Source of the DNA: a virus | Lineage: Duplodnaviria > Caudoviricetes | Length of the DNA: 64,000 nucleotides | Direction: 5' to 3' (one strand) | Virus record (IMG/VR): IMGVR_UViG_3300027286_000002 | Part shown: piece after piece, positions 27,434 through 36,176 of the stretch | Layout of the letters: every line of letters begins with the position of its first letter | Position numbering within the stretch: position 1 is the stretch's first letter | Position numbers and translations under genes: made by a program | The notes under the pieces: model-generated | What the model was told of the DNA's origin: nothing | Database searches by the model: none | What the model saw: the letters and a program-made list of their open reading frames with translations, nothing else

Positions 27434-28075
27434 TTAAATTCTTTGGTCATAGACGAGTTCATCAGAAGATGTATCGCCTGCAACAGTTAAAATACCAATA
27501 GTCCATGAACCACCTGCTGTGGGACCTGAACCATGATCAACATCATGTAAATCAGCATTAGCAGTAGCATTGGTCAAATAACCATTTACAGATGCAAACA
27601 ATTCATCACCAATGGTATAAGCCAAATCAGAATTATCATCTTGAGATTGTGTTTCATAAAGTGTATTACCATAAGTACCTTGTGCAGATACATAGGGTCC
27701 ACGATTTGATGCAACACCGGGTTGATTGGTAAATGCAAGACCTACAGCAGTATTAATGAAAATACCAATTGGCTTTTCTTTATCATTATCAGCACCACCA
27801 TTAGCACTACCTGCTGTGGGACCACCATGATAAAATTCACCTTCATCATTACGAGTAAAGGCAATAGAACCACTTAATACACCTAAAACACCTGCTGTGA
27901 AACCACTAGCAGTTGTTTTCTTGGTGTTTGTTGTAATAACAGGTGGATTAGTTTGAGTAAAAGAATCAGCAGTCAATTGACCAACTGTATTGCGAACACC
28001 AACATGAAGGATTCGCAATGCACTATTACTTTGAGTAAATCCACCACTCGCTTGTCCAAGTAAAGAAATAGACAT
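27434..28075 (-). CDS. Capsid decoration/cement-like protein
   Basis: Gly/Thr/Asn-rich beta-type sequence directly before MCP; start re-placed at 28075 (SD AGGAG). Confidence 0.6.
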   Translation of the reverse strand: MSISLLGQASGGFTQSNSALRILHVGVRNTVGQLTADSFTQTNPPVITTNTKKTTASGFTAGVLGVLSGSIAFTRNDEGEFYHGGPTAGSANGGADNDKEKPIGIFINTAVGLAFTNQPGVASNRGPYVSAQGTYGNTLYETQSQDDNSDLAYTIGDELFASVNGYLTNATANADLHDVDHGSGPTAGGSWTIGILTVAGDTSSDELVYDQRI

Positions 28076-28301
28076 GATGTCACTCCTAAATCTCTGACTC
28101 TCTGTTTTCAAGAGAATGGTTTATGAAAAAAAGTTTTAAAAAGTTTAAAAGTTTGAAATTATTTTTAATAACTTCACTTTATATACTCTTGTTTAATAGA
28201 TAAACTATTAAAGATTTAATAGTCATCTACTACTTTTTCATCATCTTTTTTCACATTTATTTTAAATGCTCTTAAACATGACTACTTAAGATAACCAAAT
28301 C

Positions 28302-30386
28302 TTAGCTAAAGAACTTGCTAACATCAGGTGCTGATTCCCACAACTTTGACAATTCATTAGCATCACTTGCTGTTCTACTAATATTGCCAAGTGTCTTTAC
28401 ACTAGCTTGTTGTGTCTTTGGTCTAGGAGTAATAGATGCTTTCTTAGAAGATGCTTTACCTTCTTCTTTAGCAGGTGCTTTACCTTCTTCTTTAGCAGGT
28501 GCTTTCTTTGCAGGTGCTTTTTTAGCAGGCTTTTCTTCCTCTTCTTCTTCCTCTACTTCTTCATCCTCAGTTTCTTCTTCTTCAGTTTCTTCTTCAGATT
28601 TTTTAGCTTTGGCAAAACGACTAGCTTTTTTAGATGCTGTTTCAGTTTCTTCAACTTCTTCTTCATCTTCATCACTAGCAAAAGAGAAAAGACTTGCTAA
28701 TCTAGGATCAGCATCAGCCATCATATCATCTGAATCAAGACCAAATGGATCTACTTCATCAGATTCAACTTCATCAGCCATCCAATCAGCTTGTTCTTCT
28801 TCTTCAGATTCAACTTCATCTGCCATCATGTATTCAGTTTCATCTTCAGCCATGAACATAGCTTTCTTTGCAGATTGCTTGCCTTCACGAGCTTCAATTT
28901 CTTCTTGATAGAAATGACGAGGATCATTTTGACCAGCTTTTTTATTAGCTTTCTTAGATGCAAACTTTGATGCTTGTTGTTCCATAGCTTCTTCAGCTTC
29001 AATTTCAGCTAAAAGATCTGCTAATGATTCAGTACCATCATCTGCAATACCTTCATCTTCAGCCATATATGAACTAAGAACATTTGCTAAACGACCAACA
29101 CCTGCTTTTCTTGAAGATGCAAATCTTTCTACAGGTTGTTCACCATGAGAAGAATAGTTTTGTTCTAAAGCATCTAAAACTTCACTGCCTGCTAATCTTT
29201 GTCTTAAACGAGCATTTGCTTTTTTAAGTGCTTTGATTTCTTCTTCAAGAACTTCACTATCGCTTAATTCTTCTGATTCTTCAGATTTTTTAGCTTGTCT
29301 TAAACGAGCATTTGCTTTCTTTGCTTGTTTAAGTTCTTCAGCAAGACTTTCAACTTCAGATGAAAGAGTTTCAACTTCTTCAGCTAATTGTTCAGCTGTT
29401 TCTACTGCTTCTTCAGCTAATTGTTCTGCACCATCAGATTTCTTTGATTGTTTTAAACGAAGATTAGCTTTCTTTGCTTGTTTAAGTTCTTCAGCAAGGT
29501 TTTCAACTTCTTCAGCTAATTGCTCTGCTGTAGAAACTGCTTCTTCAGCAATGCTTTCAGCTTCACTTGCATCTTCTGATTTCTTGCCTGCTTGTCTTAA
29601 TTTAAGATTTGCTTTCTTCATTGCTTGCAATTCAGCTTTGAGTTCTTCAACTTCTTCAGCTAATTGTTCGGCAGTTTCTACAGCCTCTTCAGCTAGTTGT
29701 TCAGCTTCACTTGAATCTTCTGATTTCTTACCTGCAAAACGACCACGATTTGCTCTACGAGCCATCATACTCATTTCAGCCATCATATCTGATTCATCTG
29801 ACATAAGATCTTCAGCATCAACTTCGCCAAAATAACCTGTGCCTTCTTGAACTACATTTTCAGCAAACATATCTGATTCATCAGCCATCATATCAAATTC
29901 ATCTGACATCATATCCATTTCATCAGCTAAAAAAGAAGATGAAAGTTTTCTTTGAAGTGTGGAATTAGATAAATTCATATATGACAAAGCAAGATTTTCA
30001 ATCGCACGAGCAGATGCTTTACGACCAAGTTTCTTTTCAGCTAATTCAATGCACTTTGATGCTTTTCTTTCCATAGCTTGCTTTAAATTCAATTCATGTA
30101 ATTGACTACCTGTTTCATAATCTTCTACAAGGTCTTCATCTACTGCAGGATGATCAGGCATCCAACCTACTGATGCAGGTGGTGGACCGGAAAGATATGG
30201 ACCCTTGCGAACACCTTCGCCAAAATCACTATCAATACCATATTCATCTACTTCAGGTTGAGCATAAGATGCAGGATGTCCAAAAGCATCCCAACCTTGA
30301 TTATCATAGCCGGGGATTCCTGAATTTGCTCTTCTTCTATTTGAAAAAGATGATCTTCTTGTACGGAATGTCATGTTAAACTCCAT
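28302..30386 (-). CDS. Capsid scaffolding protein
   Basis: Very acidic, Ala/Glu heptad repeats, short hydrophobic C-terminal helix LSKLWESAPDVSKFF, position between protease and capsid genes. Confidence 0.75.
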   Translation of the reverse strand: MEFNMTFRTRRSSFSNRRRANSGIPGYDNQGWDAFGHPASYAQPEVDEYGIDSDFGEGVRKGPYLSGPPPASVGWMPDHPAVDEDLVEDYETGSQLHELNLKQAMERKASKCIELAEKKLGRKASARAIENLALSYMNLSNSTLQRKLSSSFLADEMDMMSDEFDMMADESDMFAENVVQEGTGYFGEVDAEDLMSDESDMMAEMSMMARRANRGRFAGKKSEDSSEAEQLAEEAVETAEQLAEEVEELKAELQAMKKANLKLRQAGKKSEDASEAESIAEEAVSTAEQLAEEVENLAEELKQAKKANLRLKQSKKSDGAEQLAEEAVETAEQLAEEVETLSSEVESLAEELKQAKKANARLRQAKKSEESEELSDSEVLEEEIKALKKANARLRQRLAGSEVLDALEQNYSSHGEQPVERFASSRKAGVGRLANVLSSYMAEDEGIADDGTESLADLLAEIEAEEAMEQQASKFASKKANKKAGQNDPRHFYQEEIEAREGKQSAKKAMFMAEDETEYMMADEVESEEEEQADWMADEVESDEVDPFGLDSDDMMADADPRLASLFSFASDEDEEEVEETETASKKASRFAKAKKSEEETEEEETEDEEVEEEEEEEKPAKKAPAKKAPAKEEGKAPAKEEGKASSKKASITPRPKTQQASVKTLGNISRTASDANELSKLWESAPDVSKFFS
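29197..29729 (-). repeat. Four tandem 35-52-codon coiled-coil units in scaffold
   Basis: KKSE...AEQLAEEAVETAEQLAEEVE...KKAN(L/A)(K/R)L(R/K)Q repeated; fourth copy truncated. Confidence 0.85.
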
Positions 30387-30398
30387 AGGTTTAAAGGT

Positions 30399-31895
30399 TT
30401 ATCTTAAACTTAAAATCTTAGCTAATCTCACTAAGATCTTTTGTTCTTTATCTGTTAAAGGTTTTTTATAAATTGTATCAGCTGTTGCTAAATAAGTATT
30501 TACATCACCATATTGTTTTGTACTACCTAAATAACTTGCCAAACGATACAAATGATTTGGGATTTCTACACCATATTGCTTATTCACATAAGCAACATTC
30601 TTGATCGCTGTTTCATTTGATTGAGATAAGTTTACTGCCACTCTTAAATGACTAAAATAATTCTGCTGTAAACTTGCTTGTTTCTTAGCTTTATCTTTTT
30701 CAACCAAACGACCATATAATTTTTCTACTAAAGCATCTATATCTTCATCTGACATTTCTTTTAAAGATACTGTCTTTTCTTCTGTATCTTCATCTTCTTG
30801 TGCTGTTTTAGAAATAGACCAATTCTCAAAATTCAAATTGCCTTCTTTAATCACACTATCATTTTCATGAATGCTAGATTTACTCATATCTACTTTAGGT
30901 TCTTCTTTCTTGCCTGAAAGTTCTTCTTCTAACTTAGACTTTACTCTATCCATCACTACTTGCTTAATGTGTTCTTCTAATTCATCAATAGGACTTTTAG
31001 CAGGTTCAGCAGGTTTCTTTTCTTCACCACCACCTTCTTCACCACCACTTGAATCATCACCAAAATCAAAAGCTGATTTGGATTGACTTGCAACCTTTTG
31101 AATATCTAAAGTATTTCTTGCGACTGCACCTTTAAATGCAGGTGTAGCTACCCATGATGCCTCAATAAATGTAACACCACCATTATCACCTTCTGATTCA
31201 TGTCCACATAGTTCTGCTACTCTGTGCTTATTACCTTTTTCATCATAGAAAACATTGCCTTTTTCATATTTGATGTGCTTACACATTTCTGTTTCATCAC
31301 TCGCAACATTTCCACATTTAGTACATAGGGTATAGTCTACAGAACATCCCATACTCATCGCATTCATTTGACCTGATATAATCTGTTGTACTAAATCAGT
31401 ATGCTTTTTATTAGTAGCTACTAAAATATCTACATAAAGACTATCACCAATATCTCTTAATACTGCATCAATAATCTTACCTTTAGATAATTCTTCTACT
31501 TGAATATGTTCTACAAAATTATGGGCACCAATAAATGACTTGTAGGATTTCTGTAATACACCTCTTGACCAACAATCTAAATTATTATTGATATATTGAT
31601 CGCAATCAGCTTTCACTACATAATCGGCAAATCTTCTATTAATCTTTTCACCTTCAAATTGTACTGAACCTGTCTTTACATTTGTAGGTGTATCTACATC
31701 TACAGAACATACGATTGTTGAATGTGTTAATAGATATTTATCAGGTGTAAATGTTTCACCTAAAATTCTTTCAGCTTGTTCTTTTAAACTTGCATCTAAT
31801 CTTCTATTGCCACTTGCAACACGAATACGATCCCATTCACCACCAAATATCTTTGGTTTAACGATACTTGATTTTGCATATCTTAGAAATGCCAT
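30399..31895 (-). CDS. Prohead maturation protease (herpes/HK97-fold serine protease)
   Basis: NFVEHIQ (His), AMSMG (Ser), FIEASWVATPAF; position between portal and scaffold. Confidence 0.75.
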   Translation of the reverse strand: MAFLRYAKSSIVKPKIFGGEWDRIRVASGNRRLDASLKEQAERILGETFTPDKYLLTHSTIVCSVDVDTPTNVKTGSVQFEGEKINRRFADYVVKADCDQYINNNLDCWSRGVLQKSYKSFIGAHNFVEHIQVEELSKGKIIDAVLRDIGDSLYVDILVATNKKHTDLVQQIISGQMNAMSMGCSVDYTLCTKCGNVASDETEMCKHIKYEKGNVFYDEKGNKHRVAELCGHESEGDNGGVTFIEASWVATPAFKGAVARNTLDIQKVASQSKSAFDFGDDSSGGEEGGGEEKKPAEPAKSPIDELEEHIKQVVMDRVKSKLEEELSGKKEEPKVDMSKSSIHENDSVIKEGNLNFENWSISKTAQEDEDTEEKTVSLKEMSDEDIDALVEKLYGRLVEKDKAKKQASLQQNYFSHLRVAVNLSQSNETAIKNVAYVNKQYGVEIPNHLYRLASYLGSTKQYGDVNTYLATADTIYKKPLTDKEQKILVRLAKILSLR

Positions 31896-31907
31896 TTCAT
31901 GTACTCC

Positions 31908-32378
31908 TTAGTTGAAACCAAGTATATCTGTGGTTTTGATGAGAAATAAACATTCAGGACAGCATAGAAGTCTTTCAGATTTACCACCTACTCTTTTATA
32001 GATGGTTTTCTTTAGTTCTACACCTTTGCATCTAGGACAAGTAGGTTTGAGTTCATCTCTACACATCCTATACTTGCGATCTTTATCTGCCCAATATAAT
32101 GCTGTTTTTGCATTAACAGGCTTTGTGCCAAGACCTCCGGGGATTGAATCATATTGCACAGGCTCAATGTCTAAGTCTGCAATCTGTAAATCCTCTACAG
32201 GATATCTTGAGCTACCAAAAGGAAATTGAACATCAACCATACCAATAGCTGGATAAATCGCTACTACTGTTCCGTGATGATCTTTACTGCCACCATAAAA
32301 AGGAAATACTTTCATACCTATTCTAAAGGTATTAGCTATCTCTTGATAATTGGTGATCGTTGTAGATTTCTTTTTCAT
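31908..32378 (-). CDS. Probable in-frame internal gene (SH3-like plus Zn ribbon, 156 aa)
   Basis: AAGGA SD 12 nt before in-frame ATG 32378; preceded by AT-rich stretch translating as NNNNN. Confidence 0.5.
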   Translation of the reverse strand: MKKKSTTITNYQEIANTFRIGMKVFPFYGGSKDHHGTVVAIYPAIGMVDVQFPFGSSRYPVEDLQIADLDIEPVQYDSIPGGLGTKPVNAKTALYWADKDRKYRMCRDELKPTCPRCKGVELKKTIYKRVGGKSERLLCCPECLFLIKTTDILGFN

Positions 32379-35300
32379 ATTAAAATCTAGTCCTTTGCTA
32401 TTATTATTGTTGTTAATAAATACTTTATTAAAGTTTTTATCAGTTCCTAGTCTTGTTTTTTTAAAAATAGGTGGATCACTATCATTATTTTGCAATAATT
32501 CTAAATATTCTTGTCTTTTCTTTGGATCAGGTATCTTTCTAATTGCATCTATCATTGCTTTAGATCGTTCATCTCTTGTTGCTTGACTTGCCTTTGCCAA
32601 ATTCAAATCTGTTGTGATTTGTTTAATCCTCTCTACTCTTTTATTTTCATCTGGTATGAGTAAAGCATCTTCAAAATTCTTTGTGTATTTCTTAATCTCT
32701 TCTTGATGCTTTTTTACCTGTTCTTTTTCTTCTTTTGCCTTCTCCTTCTCTTTTGCCTTCTCCTTCTCTTTTTCTTTTGCTTCTGCTTCTTCTCTCTTCT
32801 CTATCTCTTTTGCCATTTCAGAGACATCCTCTTTTTCTTCAATGTCCATTTTTGTAGGTTTTGCTTTTGTCTTACCTTTATCTGCATTCGTAAAAAACAT
32901 TTCATTTGAAATGAAATCTAATATATGTTCCCTTGCCTCTTGTTTTTGTGCATAACTTAATGTAACATTACATTTATTATCATCATCATCTCTATCTTTG
33001 CTTTTATTCGCAACATCTTGTGGACAATAATCTGCACCTAATAATTTTGCCATTTCACCAACACTCGTATTTTCTACTACAGACATTAAATCTTCATCAG
33101 ATACAGATTTAAATATGGTCTTTAAATTTTCTTTATATTCACCTTGTTCTTTAATTTTTGTCATTTGCATTAATGCACCTAAGACTTTAGGATTATCCAT
33201 TGTTTGAACCATTGCCACAATATCTTTATTCACAGGATATCTTTTTGTTTTTATAAATTCCTTGTCTTGTAATTTTCTAGCTTTCTCTTCTAATTTTTTA
33301 AGTTCATCACTTGCAATAGTAAGATCGCCTGCTAATTTTTGTAATTCTGTTTCTTCTTTTTCACTTAACTTCCCATCCTTTTCTTTTTTAATTTTCAAAG
33401 TAGTTATCTTTTTCTTTAATTCAAACCATTGCATCTGTTTAAATCTTACTTTACTACCATCTAAAAGCTTCTTATTTTCTTCTTGCTCTATTTCTTTTTT
33501 AGTTTCATCTTTTAATGATTGGATTTTATTCGCAGTATTCTTTCTCTCATTTAAAGCACTTTGTGCTGTAATTGCTTTTTCTTTCTTTTCTAATAATTTC
33601 TTATATGCAATCTGGTCTTTTGCCAAATCTTCTTTTTTCACTTTCGGATTAGATTGTGATTTTAATAACTTTTCCTTTAAGGTTTCTAATTCAGCTTTCA
33701 CTTCTTCATAAGATGCCACATCTTTTAAAAGACTTTCTTCATCTCTTAATGCTAACTTATAATCATTTTGTTCTATTTTAGCTGTCTCTTTTTCTATCTT
33801 TTCTTTTGCACTTTGTTGTTTAAGAAGTTCTTCATTTAATTTTTCTAATTCTTTTTGATCTTTTGTTTTAGAAATTGCCTGTTGTATTTCTAAAATACTA
33901 TTTCCTATGCTTTGAGATTTCTGCTTATTCTCAGTTATCTTTTTACTATTTTCTTCTCTTTTTTTCTTTTCTTTATCATTTAATGGCATCTTCATTTTTT
34001 CTAAATTAGAAATTTCTTTTTCCCTTTTATCTTGCTTTTCTTTCCTCTTTGCATCTTGCTTTTCCTTATATTCCTTTTTCTCATTAGGACTCATTCCTTC
34101 TGTTGGATCAGCATCAAATAATTCTTGCATTTCATCTTCATTGTTTTCAAACATTGCTGATGCTAGTAGTCCTTCATATGCACTTTCCAAAACATCTATT
34201 TTTTCTTTATCTTTAAATGGATCTAATTTATCCATTTCTGCTTTTAGTTTATTTCCCATCTCTTTTCTATCCTCAGCAGGCATCTTTGCATATCTTTCTT
34301 TTTCTGATTCTCTTATCCATTCTTTATGTTCTTCTATATCCTGTTTATTCATTGTTGTTAGGTTTTCTAAACCTAAACCATTTAATGGATTAAAATGAAA
34401 TTCTGCCTCTTTCTTTATTGCCATTGCCTTTGCTAATTCTTTTGGATCTTTTATTTTGCTTAAATCCACATCTCTATATTTCTTATAATCTGAATGACTT
34501 TGTTCTTTCTTTACTGTATTTGTATAAGACTCCATAAAATCATTTAGTTCTTTTTCATCCATATCCACATCTAAACTCTTTAAATGTTTTTCAAAAGATT
34601 TTGGATTAAAAGGTACTTTATTTTTCTTTGCCCATTCATTTACTCTATTCATATCCAATCTAGGTTTAGCAGATACACCTGTTTCTACTACAGGTGGTGG
34701 TGCTTGTACAGGTGGTGGAGTTTGCTCTTGTGGTTTAGATTGATCCTGTTTAGGTTGTTTTTCCTGTGGTTTAGATTGATCCTGTTTGGTTTGATCAGTA
34801 ACTTTAGATTGATCAGTAACTTTAGGTTGATCTTTTTTAACAGGTGCTTTCTGTTTAGGTGGTGCTTTAGATCCTTCAGGTCTTTGCATTCCTAATGCCT
34901 GTTGTAATTCAGGTTGAGATAACAATTCTATGATAGCATCTAAAGTGCCTCTTTCACTGCCTTGCTCTATCTGCTTTAATTCCTCTAATGCCTTTGCCTT
35001 ATCATGTCCTCTTAATGCTTTTAATAACTTCTTTGCATTATCTTTTGTCTTTATAGGATCTATTTCTGAAATACTTTTTTTAGGTGCTTGCTTTTCTTCT
35101 TTTTGTTCACCTTTATCTTTTTGACTACCTGCTCCACCTGTTTCTTTTTTTGATCTTGCCTTATCCATACCTTTATTGAAATCTTCTTTTGCCTGTGCAT
35201 TTCCTCTTGCATATGCAGTTCCAAAAGATAGTTCTACACCTGTAGCAGTATCTTTATATCTTTTACCTTTTAGTCCTTTTTTTACTTTATCTGCTAATTC

Positions 35301-35444
35301 AGGATCAGCAGTACTTTGACTTTTTGTAGTTTCTTTAGCTTGCATCTCTGTTAATTTATTTTGAATAAATTTTGTCATTGATTGCAATTCATCTAAATCT
35401 TTATCAGCTGTCTTAATATTCAATAAAGGATCTAATACATACAT
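31908..35444 (-). CDS. Large Lys/Glu-rich coiled-coil protein with C-terminal SH3-like and Zn-ribbon domain
   Basis: 1178-aa ORF; low-complexity repeats; C-terminal FRIGMKV..GTVVAIYP and CPRC...CPEC. Confidence 0.7.
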   Translation of the reverse strand: MYVLDPLLNIKTADKDLDELQSMTKFIQNKLTEMQAKETTKSQSTADPELADKVKKGLKGKRYKDTATGVELSFGTAYARGNAQAKEDFNKGMDKARSKKETGGAGSQKDKGEQKEEKQAPKKSISEIDPIKTKDNAKKLLKALRGHDKAKALEELKQIEQGSERGTLDAIIELLSQPELQQALGMQRPEGSKAPPKQKAPVKKDQPKVTDQSKVTDQTKQDQSKPQEKQPKQDQSKPQEQTPPPVQAPPPVVETGVSAKPRLDMNRVNEWAKKNKVPFNPKSFEKHLKSLDVDMDEKELNDFMESYTNTVKKEQSHSDYKKYRDVDLSKIKDPKELAKAMAIKKEAEFHFNPLNGLGLENLTTMNKQDIEEHKEWIRESEKERYAKMPAEDRKEMGNKLKAEMDKLDPFKDKEKIDVLESAYEGLLASAMFENNEDEMQELFDADPTEGMSPNEKKEYKEKQDAKRKEKQDKREKEISNLEKMKMPLNDKEKKKREENSKKITENKQKSQSIGNSILEIQQAISKTKDQKELEKLNEELLKQQSAKEKIEKETAKIEQNDYKLALRDEESLLKDVASYEEVKAELETLKEKLLKSQSNPKVKKEDLAKDQIAYKKLLEKKEKAITAQSALNERKNTANKIQSLKDETKKEIEQEENKKLLDGSKVRFKQMQWFELKKKITTLKIKKEKDGKLSEKEETELQKLAGDLTIASDELKKLEEKARKLQDKEFIKTKRYPVNKDIVAMVQTMDNPKVLGALMQMTKIKEQGEYKENLKTIFKSVSDEDLMSVVENTSVGEMAKLLGADYCPQDVANKSKDRDDDDNKCNVTLSYAQKQEAREHILDFISNEMFFTNADKGKTKAKPTKMDIEEKEDVSEMAKEIEKREEAEAKEKEKEKAKEKEKAKEEKEQVKKHQEEIKKYTKNFEDALLIPDENKRVERIKQITTDLNLAKASQATRDERSKAMIDAIRKIPDPKKRQEYLELLQNNDSDPPIFKKTRLGTDKNFNKVFINNNNNSKGLDFNMKKKSTTITNYQEIANTFRIGMKVFPFYGGSKDHHGTVVAIYPAIGMVDVQFPFGSSRYPVEDLQIADLDIEPVQYDSIPGGLGTKPVNAKTALYWADKDRKYRMCRDELKPTCPRCKGVELKKTIYKRVGGKSERLLCCPECLFLIKTTDILGFN

Positions 35445-35450
35445 TTTCTT

Positions 35451-36125
35451 TTACCATCTTCTTCTTGCTACTTTGGTTGTATGTAATGATAAATCTCTAT
35501 CACCTTCTGCACCTAAATTCTCAATATCCTTATCGTTCTCTACAATCCTATTTTGTCTTAAATCTTCTCTTTTAGGTTTCAGCTTTGGTGATGGCTTTAC
35601 CATTTCAGATACTCTTTCATCTTCTTTCTGATTATCACTTTTAGTAGCATATTTGCCATGTGGACAGTAAGATGCAAACTTCTTATTATGTTTTGACTCG
35701 TCCATTTCCACTACATCAAAACAATATGGTGTTAGCTTTTTTCTTACATCTCTTAATGCCTGTGATATCAATAAATATCCTTTTCTCTTTTTGATCTCAT
35801 CATCTTTAATATCCAGCCATATTGATTGCAAATCTCTTAATACTTGTGCTTGACCTTCTAATATATCAAGATACTTTAAATCTTTATCTAGTGAGATCGC
35901 CTCTTCAAAGAATGCCTCAATCGTTAAGAAATGTTTTCTAATACAATCAGGACACCTCTTGCGAACATTATTTAAATGATCTTCCAATAAACAAGATTGC
36001 TTACAAATCTCTCTCATATTAAATAAAGGATTCATAATAGGCAATAAACCTAAATCACTTTCACTTGCTCTTTTTATTCTTGTCTTTAAAGAACTTAAAC
36101 GAAATGATAAATCAAACATATACAT
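35451..36125 (-). CDS. Hypothetical protein with RCPDCIRKH motif, putative virion protein
   Basis: 224 aa, CxxC plus His; KRAS and KFAS motifs; between portal and protease. Confidence 0.7.
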   Translation of the reverse strand: MYMFDLSFRLSSLKTRIKRASESDLGLLPIMNPLFNMREICKQSCLLEDHLNNVRKRCPDCIRKHFLTIEAFFEEAISLDKDLKYLDILEGQAQVLRDLQSIWLDIKDDEIKKRKGYLLISQALRDVRKKLTPYCFDVVEMDESKHNKKFASYCPHGKYATKSDNQKEDERVSEMVKPSPKLKPKREDLRQNRIVENDKDIENLGAEGDRDLSLHTTKVARRRW

Positions 36126-36176
36126 ATCCTTTTTTTTAGATTTTTTATATAAAAAAGGATATTCATTTAATAGTTA

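Noticed and set aside
28315-29835. Long plus-strand ORFs 28315..28908, 28407..28700 and 29233..29835
   Set aside because: Antisense shadows of the Glu/Ala/Lys-rich scaffold (Ser/Phe-rich, no SD).
32002-35124. Several plus-strand Phe/Ser/Leu-rich ORFs
   Set aside because: Antisense shadows of AAA/GAA-rich codons in the 1178-aa gene.
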